DNA of 64,000 nucleotides from Heptranchias perlo (taxonomy: Eukaryota). The DNA lies in the NCBI RefSeq assembly GCF_035084215.1, contig NC_090368.1, positions 3,596,001 to 3,660,000 of the forward strand. The letters are read 5' to 3'. The notes under the pieces are model-generated. The model was not told the origin of the DNA, ran no database searches, and saw only the letters and a program-made list of their open reading frames with translations. Positions 37,201-47,539 of this stretch are shown one piece after another (positions within the stretch are counted from its first letter, which is position 1; each line of letters begins with the position of its first letter). Position numbers and translations under genes: made by a program.

Positions 37201-40200
37201 GAAAGCCGTCTCTCCAGGTCGCAACGGGCCGGTAGCAGCGCTAAAGTTTCTGGAACAGGCGGCTGTTGAGAATCTGCCTACCTTCCTGGTGGAACTCTCA
37301 AAAGTACTAGCAAACCCAGGAAACAGTCAAGTTGCCCGAATTGCAGCTGGTCTACAAATCAAGACTGCATTTATATAGCGCCTTGAACGTAGAAGCAGAG
37401 CCCCTGGTTGACGCCACACCCCCAACCCAGAGACACCAAGGGCTACTGCAGCACCGCACCTCACTCCAGTTATGACCAACCGGGCCCAGGATCAATCTGG
37501 GAACCCCCTCCTCACCAATTTGTGTGTGGCACAGTTTCGCACCAGGGAAGGGATTTAGCAATGAAGTTCCCCGTAATTAAGTGTTCATTAGCACAGTGAT
37601 AAACTTCTGGACTGTGTGGCAATTAATATTTCAATGGGGGGGGGGGTTATAAAAGGAAGAACTTGCATTTATATAGCAACTTTCATGACCTCGGGACGTC
37701 CCAAAGCGCTTTACAGCCAATGAAGTATTCTTTTTTTTTAAAAATGAAGGTATAATCCAGGCTGACACTCCAGTGCCGGAGGGAGTGCTGCACTGTCGGA
37801 GGTGCCATAATTTGGATGAGACGTTAAACCGAGGCCCCGTCTGCCCCTCTCAGGAATTTTAAAAGATCCCACGGCACTTTTGAAGAGGAGCTGGGGAGTT
37901 CTCCCCGGTGTCCTTGCCAATATTTATCCCTCAACCAACATTAAAAACGGATTATCTGGTCATCATCTTATTACTGTTTGTGGGATCTTGCTGTGCGCAA
38001 ATTGGCTGCCTACATTACAACAGTGACTACACTTCAAAAAGTACTTCATTGGCTGTAAAGGGCTTTGGGACGTCCTGAGGTCCCACCTGAGATCACAGGC
38101 GGGGCCTCGTTTTAACATCTCATCTGAAAGACGGCACCTCCGACAGGGCAGCGCTCCCTCAGTACTGCACCGGGAGTGTCGGCCTGGATCATATGCTCAA
38201 GTCTCTGGAGTGGGGGCTCGAACCCTCGACCATCTGACTCAAGAGGCGAGAGTGCTGCCCACTCAACCTTTATCTTGTGTCTGATAAATCACAGCCGAAC
38301 CACTACTACCCAATATACCTCGTCTCATCTTCCCCTCCCACCACCCCGCCCCCCCAACTCTAGCCAACCGTGACAGTAGCCTGCATCAGGGGCCTTAGCC
38401 CTTCAGCTGGGATTCTCCGAGACTTGAGGGAGCTTATCCTCATTGCAGTCACGTGCGATTCTCTCAGCTGCACCCTCTCGTGGCGCCCCGCCTAGATGTT
38501 AAAACCACGGGTCGATATAAATCCCGTAACTGCTGAAGCAAACCGCACCTGTTCTCCTTGACGAACTTTGTGATCTTGGTGCTGGAGGACAAATCGTCAA
38601 CCATCACCTTGCTCTCCTCAAATTTGTTTGCCAGGCGTGGGGGTCGGAACAGAATTACGGCCCTTTAAAAGAAGAGAGAGCATCTTAAACTCCTCACAAA
38701 AAGAAAACAATCAATCTGGGCAAGTGAATGCTTGCTTTAATCTTTTTGTGCTCCCACTCCCACCAATTTTACCAGCCCCCTCTCACTGATGCACAGTGGC
38801 ACAAAGAAACATTTTGCTTTGGGGTATTTCCCCCCCCCCCCCTCTCCCGGAGGATTGGATTTAAGCTGGTGTTTGAGGCTGGGGAAGGGAGAAGACACTA
38901 GGCTTGTATTCCCGCGAGTGTAGAAGATTAAGGGGTTATCTCATTGAGGTGTTTAAGATGATTAAATGAGTCGATAGGGTAGACAGAGAGAAACTATTTC
39001 CTCTGGTGGGAGAGAGTCCAGAACAAGGGGGCATAACCTTAAAATTAGAGGTAGGCCGCTCAGGAGTGATGTCAGGAAGCATTTCTTCACACAAAGGGGA
39101 GTGGGAATCTGGAACACTCTCCCCCAAAAAGCTGTTGAGGTCGGGGGTCAATTGAAAATTTCAGAACTGAGATTGATAGATTTTTGTTAGGCGAGGGTAT
39201 CAAGAGTTACGGAACCAAGATGCGTAGATGTGGAGTTAAGATACAGATCAGCTGCGATCTAATTGAACGGCAGAACAGGCTCGAGGGGCTGAATGGCCTT
39301 CTATGTAACGGGGGGGGGAGGGGAAAGGGAGGGCAAGGGCTTCTCGCCATCACAGCATTTAACACAAAGAAAATTATTTCTGCATCACTGAATTAACCCT
39401 TTACAGGGCAGATAGGCTATTGTTCACCCCACTCTCCTCCACGTTTTTCTCCCTCCTCTCCTGGAAGGGGTGGCTTATGCGGGTGGGGGGGGGGGGGGGG
39501 GAGGGTCGGTTTGACGTACGCTGGCCTCTCCCGTGGAACCAACCTTCACATCTGAGCCTCATACTCACCAACTATGTGATCGTTAGGGAAGGGAAGTGAG
39601 GGGAGGGAGGGAGGGAAAGAGAGGAACACGACAGCCAAGCCTGATCATTACAGGACAGCATTTAAAACGTGAAAATTCAATCAGACTGAGCAACATTACC
39701 AAAACGGTTGTTTCAAAATTTGGTATCTTCTTGGGACAGGAGGGGGCGCGATAGGGTAGATGCTAGGAGGATGTTACCCCTCATGGGGGAATCTAAAACT
39801 AGGGGGGACATAGTCTCAGAATAAGGGGTCGCCCATTTAAGACGGAAATGAGGAGGAATTTCTTCTCCTGGAAGGTTGTGAATCTGTGGAATTCTTTACC
39901 CCACAAAGCTGTGGAGGCTGAGTCATTGAACACATTCAAGGCTGAGTTAGACACATTTTTGATCAGCAAGGGAGTCAAAGGATATGGGGAAAGGGGAGTT
40001 GAGGTAAAAATCAGATCAGCCATGATCTCATTGAATGGCGGAGCAGGCTCGAGGGGCCGAATGGCCCACTCCTATCTCTTATGGTCTAATGGGAGCCTCT
40101 GATTTACCCTTTTCACAAACGTACTACAGCAGCCCGTGCTAGCCTGTTCAACTGGCATGTGAAACATAGCCCTAATCGACAATTCATTATTCAATACATT

Positions 40201-43200
40201 TTAAGACACGCGCACCGATTAAGGACCCATTCAGCACGCCCGGTGTTTGCACGTGGTTTATACGTACTCTCCGTCGACGCTGTGCTGCTGCAGGAGCTCA
40301 GGGGTGTATGTGTGCGCGAATCGATAGCTGTTCCTCAGAGAATTCGCAGCCTTGATGAACTGTGCTCGAGAGGCACTGCTGCTGTCAGCAAAGAACCCTG
40401 GGGAAAGGAACTGCTGTCAATCCGTGGGCAGGACAAAGCCGCAAGACACCTCATTTCGTAGAATCATACTGCACAGAAGGAGGCCATTCGGCCCATCGAG
40501 CCTGTGCCAGATTTATAGAAACTCAAACATCCCTCCTGTTCTCAACTGTACAAAACCCCTTAAGAAAAGGCAAGAATGAACTTGCATTTATATAGCACCT
40601 TTCTCATACCCTCAAAGCATTTGAGGAGTTTAAGGTGGTTAAGGGATTCGATAGGGTAGGTGGAGAGAAACTATTTCCTCTGGTAGGGGGAGTCCAGAAC
40701 AAGGGGGCAGAACCTTAAAATTAGAGCTGGGCCGTTCAGGGGTGATGTCAGGAAGCACTTCACACAAAGGGGAGTGGAAATCTGGAACCCTCCTCTCCCC
40801 AAAAAAAACAGTTGAGGCTGGAGGTCAATTGAAAATGTCAAAAGTGAGATTGCTAGGTTCATGTTAGGCGAGAGTATCAAGGATTATGGAACCAAAGCGG
40901 GTAGATGGAGTTAAGATACAGATCAGACATGATCTAACTGAATGGTGGAACAGGCTCGAGGGGCTGAATGGCCTCTTCCCATCCCTGTCTTCCATTTCAG
41001 AGCCAATGCAGTACTTTTTGAAAAGCAGTCACTGTTGTTATGGCCATAAAAGCTGCAGCCAATTTACAGCAGGGTCCCACAAAAGCAAGAGACATACGAC
41101 CATTAAATCAGTTTTCAGTGGCATTGGTTAAGGGATAAATATTGACCAGGACACAAGGAGAGCTCTCTGCTCTTCAAATAGTGCCTTTACGTCCACCTGA
41201 ACAGGCAGGGTCTCGGCTTAACGCCTCATTCGAAGGTCAGTGAACTGCGCTGAACTGCCAGCCTAGAACGCGTGCTCAAGTCTTGAATCCACGACCTTCT
41301 GATTTTGAGGTGAGAGTGCTACCCACTGAAGTTAATTTACACCATAAGGAGAGTGCAAGAGACGAGGGGGAGGAGAAGTAAAAGGAACTCACCTACAACA
41401 CTGGCGTCAAAGTCATGGATGAATTTTTCAAGCTCCTCGGCAGACTTTAACTCCATCGAGCTGGGCCCGGCCTGTTTCTTCATGTGACTCACGATTCCAT
41501 CTATGGGGCAGAACGGGCGAGCTTTAGCGACCGTATCGAACGTTAAGACTAAGAGCAGGTTCTAATCCTCAGACCAGTGCTGTCAGCGAGATCGCAGGAA
41601 AGTGCAACGGTGGCTATATACTGAACTGTGAAAATAGCCAGCGGTGGAATTACAGTCGGTTGTTCCAAACATGGGTTGTGTCCTGGAGAAAGCATTTTGA
41701 GCTGTGTAACATTACGGGTAAAGTACTGGTGGGCGCAGGTGTGTCGATTGGAGGGAGCAATTAAGAGGTGATAATTCAGAGCAGCAGCCAGCGTCCCTGC
41801 CCCTGGTTACTACCCTCTGAAAGCGTGTGCAAGGACGGTCGGTAGCAAGCGTGATGGAATAGCCTGCCGACATGTTCTGCCCAGGCTTTGCGTGTGAACA
41901 ATGGCCATTCGGGTGTGGCACTGTTGGGTAGCTGGGAACCAGTGGAGCTGTAGCCCAGCCAGACTCCAGCTCCTGCGCGTCCCTAACATAATACCAATGG
42001 AAAGAGCCAGATAACCTCATGGGTGCAAAACTGGATCGAGCTAACTCACACAAACCGCGCCCCCCCCACAAAAACTGTCCAGCCTTCAAAAGGCATCACC
42101 CACACTGATTTAAACCCCCACGCCCCCCTCCCTCCCTCCACTTCTTGATCTGTTCCTCGCCCTGGGAACGTACCCGCTGATCGAGGCCCATCATAGGGCC
42201 CGGACTCCTCTCCATTCCGGAAGATCTTCAGCGTGGGGTAACCGCTCACCCCGTATTTACCACAGCTTTCCGAGTTTGCGGTGCAATCGATCTGCACGCA
42301 AACCAAAAGAAAAACGTGTTACGACCGTCTTCGTACGAGGGGTAGGGGGACTCGCAACATTCAAATCGTTTGCCCACGTGGGTGATTTAGCCTCATGCCA
42401 TGCAGCGTCACATGCCACAAAATTAACGTCCCCATTAATTTGTGTATATCTCAGGCTGCTAATACTAATTCATTTAGGTTTTGTCCAGCAATGACAGAAC
42501 GGCCCTATCCAAAACCTCCAGACCCACAAAATTCAAACAGGACAATCCAGCATGCAAGATTGGGTCGGATTGCTCGATGGTTGTGCACGGTCCCTAGGTT
42601 GTGCGTCTCAGGGCATGGCTCAGTGGGTAGCAGTCTCGCCTCTGAGTCAGAAGGTTCGAGTCCCACTCCAGGGACTCGAGCACAAAATCCGGGCTGACAC
42701 TCCCAGTTCAGTACTGAGGGAGCGCTGCACTGTCAGAGGTGCCGTCTTTCGGATGAGACGTTAAACCGAGGCCCGGGCTGCCCCTCTCAGGTGAGCATTC
42801 GAAGAAGTGCAGGGGCGTTCTCCCCGGTGTCCTGGGGCCAATTTTTAATCCCTCAATCAACATCACTGCAACAGATTATCTGGTCATTATCTCATTGCTG
42901 TTTATGGGATCTTGCTATGCCCAAACTGACTGTTGTAATGTAGGAAATGTGGCAGTGACTACAATTCAAAGTACTTAATTTGGGACGTTATGCTACAGAA
43001 ACATTGTAAATTCACCAGTTGCAGGATTATTTGCTCAGGATAGAAAGTGCATCTGACCAAATGATCCTTTTAATTAAGCTTTAAATGCACAGTACAAAAC
43101 TATTTTCCCCAATTCCGTGCAACTATCAATTGCAAGCCTTCGAAAACCAAAGCATTCCACCAGATATCGTCAACGCACCACCTCCCAGAGACACGCTCAC

Positions 43201-45302
43201 CTTGATTAGAGCGACAGAACCTTTCAGTATGGTAGCAGCCTTCTCATATTCAGGCGCAAGGCGTTTACAGTGTCCACACCTGCAGGAAAGGGTTAAACTC
43301 GTTCAGCGAGCACTCAGGGTTTTACGGGTTAAACTGCGTCGACTCTAGAAACTTTGCAATTTGTTAAAAACATTTTTAACAAGTTCACGCGAGATAGCGT
43401 TCAATAAGCTTCTTTGTTTTAATCTTTGCAACCCCCCAGAAGAGGTGCGGTTCCACAGGCACAGGGCCCAATTGGTGGGTGTCAGTGGGCTATTCAACCT
43501 TGGGAGGCATCACAACCAAACCCGACCATGTCCCCCACTCCCCACCCCTTGACTTTTACATAAAAAAAGCACCCTCCAGTAAGGGTCACCGAATCACAAA
43601 CATGTGAACCCTGTGCGGTCTTCCACCTCCTTAACCCAGGGGTGCCGACTCAGATCAATTCAATTGGAAGATAAGTCAGAGAGGCGAGAGGGTTGCTGCA
43701 ATTGGCCCTGGCCACCCCAGGCGAGCGATCGAGCTCCTGATCACTATTCAAAAATCCTTTTGGAAAGCGAGTGGACATTAGGCGAGAACGGAATTGGTCT
43801 CCACCGCGACGCCCCACACAGCCGAATAGTTCGCCTTACGCAGTCCAAAATTCGCCACAATTCCCAGCAAGAGAAAAGTTAAATTTAAGTCACAGTCCTT
43901 GCTCCCAGCAGGTCAGAGGTTAACGGCACAAACGTCACTGACCCTCAGGTTCACGACCGCGTAATAAATAAAACAGGGTGCCGGGAATGTGACGACGCAG
44001 CAGCAGCTAGGCTCTCCTACCCCGAAAAACAACTGCAGCAATAATCTGGTTTGCCTCAGTGTAGATTTTAAAAGTGGAGCAACTTGTTGGGGCTCTTCGA
44101 CCGAGCAGGGGGGCTCAGGACCAATAATTCCATTTTAATTGGGGCCCCTTTCGCTTGCTGTACAGGAGCGTATCCTGCCTGTTCTCCATTGTGTACCCCT
44201 CCCCTGGAGAGCAAGGCAAGGAGGTCGAACAGCAATGAATCCCCAGCTCAGCCGACACTCCGCCGTCCAGGGTGTGCCCGGGCACACGAGGGCAGCAAGT
44301 CCGCCGAGGCCTTCAAACGAGGCAGGCGACGGGGCCCGGGAGCACTCCCTCCCGTCCCATAGGGGCCCGGATGTGCTGGACTCGGACCCCCCCCAGGAGG
44401 AGTCGCAGGGCAGGGCTCCGACACATCCCGAGGGGAACGCCCCCTCCTGTAGGCCTCTCTCCGCGTAGCGGCCTCAACTGGGACATTCGGTCTTGAGGGG
44501 CATCGCAGCCGAGCCCAGCGTAGCAGCTCAAATCAGCGGGAAACGCCTTGCCGTGGGAGTCGTCAGAACCCAAGCCCAATCCTACCCACTGCGGGGGGGG
44601 GGGCTGAATAAACAAGCTATTCAACCAAGTGGGGCATCGCAGCCAAACTTGATCCTGCTCTTATCCAACGTCCATTCGTTTCAAGGTTGGGGGAGTGGGG
44701 GGGGGTCACTGCACAGCAATGACGGGCAGCAGCCCAGATATTGCACCCCCTCCCTAACCCAAGGGCACTGAGGCCAAGTCCAGCACACCAGCCAACCCCA
44801 GGCTGCATTCAGCCTAACTCTGCACAGATCACAGTGGGGGCAAATCACTGGCAGGACCACAGGCCCTGAAATGATTGGGACTTGCAACTTTTAGTTGAGA
44901 TTCCCAGCATTTGCAATTTGAAAAGACCTCAAATAAAATCTGCAATTTGCAATGAATGGTTGCAATTGGAAATGTGTGCAGGGAAAAAAAAACATTAGAC
45001 AGGAATGTCTATCCTTTCAGATTGCATATAAATAAAATTTAGCAGGGAAATCATGTGGTGGGAAACAAAATTTTAGGCCGCGAAAGCCTGCAGAAACTGG
45101 CCGCTCGCGTAATTGAGGTGGCCGGGTCCCGGGTCGCTCACCAAGGCGCGAAGAACTCCACCAGGGCGAGCTGGTGCTCGGCGACCCCGCTCTCAAAGTC
45201 CGCGTCCGTCAGCTCGACGACGTCGCTGCTCTCGGCGGCCGCCGCTCGAGCCGAATTCAAAAGCAGCGCGTGCACCAACGGCAGCAGCAGGTGCAACTCC
45301 AT
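28181..45302 (-). CDS. PDIA3: Protein disulfide-isomerase A3 (ERp57)-like, whole gene (13 exons, 1497 nt, 498 aa); probably a paralog rather than the ortholog of human PDIA3
   Basis: Signal peptide, two APWCGHCK active sites, [25 protein letters not shown]; PDIA3-like 13-exon structure; ends EKEL. Confidence 0.93.
29775..29832 (-). CDS. PDIA3: PDIA3-like exon 12
   Basis: [19 protein letters not shown]. Confidence 0.93.
31633..31712 (-). CDS. PDIA3: PDIA3-like exon 11
   Basis: [27 protein letters not shown]. Confidence 0.94.
31810..32285 (+). mobile_element. CR1 LINE 3' end
   Basis: RLRGDLI-type ORF tail and CR1 3' UTR; similar fragments near 9295-9630, 13530-13850, 29950-30350(-), 32700-32885(-), 34490-34950, 38900-39300, 39750-40090, 40620-40980, 46120-46680, 61375-61760(-), 62655-63025. 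Confidence 0.8.
32517..32645 (-). CDS. PDIA3: PDIA3-like exon 10
   Basis: [43 protein letters not shown]. Confidence 0.95.
33665..33773 (-). CDS. PDIA3: PDIA3-like exon 9
   Basis: [36 protein letters not shown]. Confidence 0.94.
35120..35302 (-). CDS. PDIA3: PDIA3-like exon 8
   Basis: [20 protein letters not shown]...[12 protein letters not shown]. Confidence 0.94.
36716..36841 (-). CDS. PDIA3: PDIA3-like exon 7
   Basis: [42 protein letters not shown]. Confidence 0.94.
37178..37363 (+). pseudogene. KPNB1: Processed 5' fragment of importin subunit beta-1 (KPNB1), codons 1-62, in PDIA3-like intron 6
   Basis: [62 protein letters not shown] vs human [62 protein letters not shown]; no introns; truncated. 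Confidence 0.9.
38549..38662 (-). CDS. PDIA3: PDIA3-like exon 6
   Basis: [21 protein letters not shown]...KFVKEN. Confidence 0.92.
40268..40397 (-). CDS. PDIA3: PDIA3-like exon 5
   Basis: [30 protein letters not shown]... Confidence 0.93.
41393..41500 (-). CDS. PDIA3: PDIA3-like exon 4
   Basis: [36 protein letters not shown]. Confidence 0.93.
42174..42291 (-). CDS. PDIA3: PDIA3-like exon 3
   Basis: [39 protein letters not shown]. Confidence 0.94.
43201..43279 (-). CDS. PDIA3: PDIA3-like exon 2
   Basis: [26 protein letters not shown]. Confidence 0.94.
45142..45302 (-). CDS. PDIA3: PDIA3-like exon 1
   Basis: [39 protein letters not shown]...VEFFAPW. Confidence 0.92.
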
Positions 45303-45830
45303 CTCTCCGTCCGTCCGTCCGCTCCAGCAAAGCTAGCTGTCAATCAAACGCCCGCCCGGGCAAATGACGTAACCGGTCAGCGCAAGCTACGAGTGTGGAA
45401 ACCCCTCCCCCCCAATCCTATTCATTAAACGCGCGTGAGTGTCGATGGCGTGGCGCCTTCTCATTGGCGGGGGTGTGGAAACGCCCCGCGGGCTCTTGGA
45501 GACGCGCCCCTCCTTCGCGTCTCCAACGCCATGCCTTTCGGGAAATGTAGTTCTCCTCTCGCACCCGCCCTCTCGGAAAAGGCCGACGGTGAACTACATC
45601 TCCCAGAAGAGAATGCGCGTCCCACTTTCGCAATGCATTCTAGGATTTGTAGTCACCGCCGCCGCCACCACCCCACGACTGAACGTAACTAAGAAATTAG
45701 ATTTTCTGGGACGGTCTCTCCAACTGAGATTTTTAGTTACGATTTAAAAAAAAATGTTTTGCCGGCGGTCGGAAAAACGACGTAGAATCGCGTCGTGGCG
45801 TCGGGAATCCTGGCGCATGCGCAGCGGTCT
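45303..45830. promoter_or_regulatory. Bidirectional CpG-island promoter shared by PDIA3-like (-) and SSR2 (+)
   Basis: TGACGT near 45365; ERSE 45449-45467; three ACTACA..TCCC/TCCT (ZNF143-type) motifs at 45531-45552, 45593-45617, 45633-45653; NRF1-like GCGCATGCGC 45813-45822. Confidence 0.8.
45449..45467 (-). promoter_or_regulatory. ER stress response element (ERSE-I)
   Basis: CCAAT-GAGAAGGCG-CCACG, an exact CCAAT-N9-CCACG. Confidence 0.8.
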
Positions 45831-45854
45831 TTCCTGGGGTCCGGGCTCGAGAGG
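45828..45854 (+). other. SSR2: Probable SSR2 non-coding exon 1 (start approximate)
   Basis: Pyrimidine-rich TCTTTCCT start, GG|GTGAGT donor at 45855; the next exon starts exactly at the ATG. Confidence 0.6.
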
Positions 45855-47381
45855 GTGAGTGTGTGGAGCGCGCGCGGGCCGTTTACTTTATATTTTGTAT
45901 TTAAGAAAAATGACTCCCGTTAATGTTAACGGAGTCTCTCCGATCGGCTGCGCGGGAAGGAGGGGGTGACCGATCGATCGACTGAGGGTTTAGTGGGGTT
46001 AGGGCGATGTACACGTAAGCACTGAAGGAGCTGGGGGCCCGGGTGAGGTGAAAGGTCAGGGGGTGAAAGGGCGTTACCTGGCACAGGGGCAGAAAGGGGA
46101 CTCTGCCCAGAAGTAATGCATTTTAGAAGGAAGGATGGGGTAAATGGTGCAATTTTAAAGGGAGTGTAGGAACAGAGACCTGAGGGGTTCACGTACACAA
46201 GTCTTTTAAGTTGCTGTTTTTAAAAAAAAAGCAATTGGGCTTTTATAAATAATAATTGCACAGGGTACAAAAGCAAGGAGGTTATGCTAAACTTTTAGAA
46301 ACCACTGTTTGCGCCTCACAGCTGGGTCCAGTTCTGGGCACCACACCTTAGGAAGGATGTCAAGCTCTTGGCGCGGGTGCAGAGGCCATTTATCAGCGAT
46401 GAGGGGCTTCAGTAAGATAATTGGCAGAAGAACCGGAGGCGAGATGAGGAGAAATGTTCTTTGCGCAGCGAGCGGTTATGATATTGGGCGGAGGAGCAGG
46501 CTCGAGGGGCCTTGTGGCCTTCTCCTGCTCTTATGTCTTACGTTCTTATCTGGAATTCACTGCCTGAAAGGGCGGTGGAAGCAGATTCAATAGCAACTTT
46601 CAAAAAGATTCAAAATTGGATAAATACTTGAAAAGGAAAAATTTGCCGGGCTATGGGGAAAGTACAGGGGAGTGGGACTAACTTTAATGCATTGATACAA
46701 ATATCTATAAATATATTAAAAACTTACTTCTGTGTGCACTTCCATTATAAATTTCTGCATCCACATTTATAATGGGAACAGCCTATGTAAACGTGTCACG
46801 CTGTAATTACACCCTTCTGCCTGTGATGATGCTGTGGCGCCTTTAGTTTTGTGTCTCCCAGCTCCTTAGCCGTCGTTACAGAGAACCTCCTCTGCTCCAA
46901 CCAGCTTTACTTTTCTGCTTCCCAAAGTTTCCTGCATTTTGCTGTTTCGCTATATCATCAAATCGAAGTATCAGGAAGGGACTAGTTCTTAAAATGAAAG
47001 GAAATAATCTGCATGGAAAATGAAAGAGATCAGGGGATCCTAGAGACGTGAAGGGTGCAATACCAGTTCGTGTTTGTTCTCTCCAACGTCCGTTAAGACA
47101 GGAACCAGTCAGTTCTCTAACTCTTACCCGGAGTTTGCCTGTAAAATAATCACTGCACTCCAAAAAAAAATTTCTTCATGTAACGTTTGATGTGATCAGA
47201 TGCTATAAAAGTGCAAGATAAACACATGAGGGAGAAAGGGATAGAAGGATATGCTGATAGGGTGAGATGAAGAGGGGTGGGAGGAGCATAAACACCGGCA
47301 TGCAGCAGTTGGGCCGAATGGCCTGTTTCTGTGCTGTAAATTCGACGCAACTGTTCATTTTATTGTTTCTCCCCCCCACAG

Positions 47382-47539
47382 ATGAGGTTGCTTCTGATTA
47401 GTGTGTGCGTTGTGCTCTTTGCTGCTGTCAGCAGTGACGAAGGAGCAAGGCTCCTGGCCTCCAAATCCCTCTTAAATAAATACGCAGTGGAGGGTCGGGA
47501 CCTGACTCTGCAGTACAACATCTACAACGTCGGATCCAG
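47382..47539 (+). CDS. SSR2: SSR2 coding exon 1
   Basis: [32 protein letters not shown]...YNVGSS. Confidence 0.95.
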
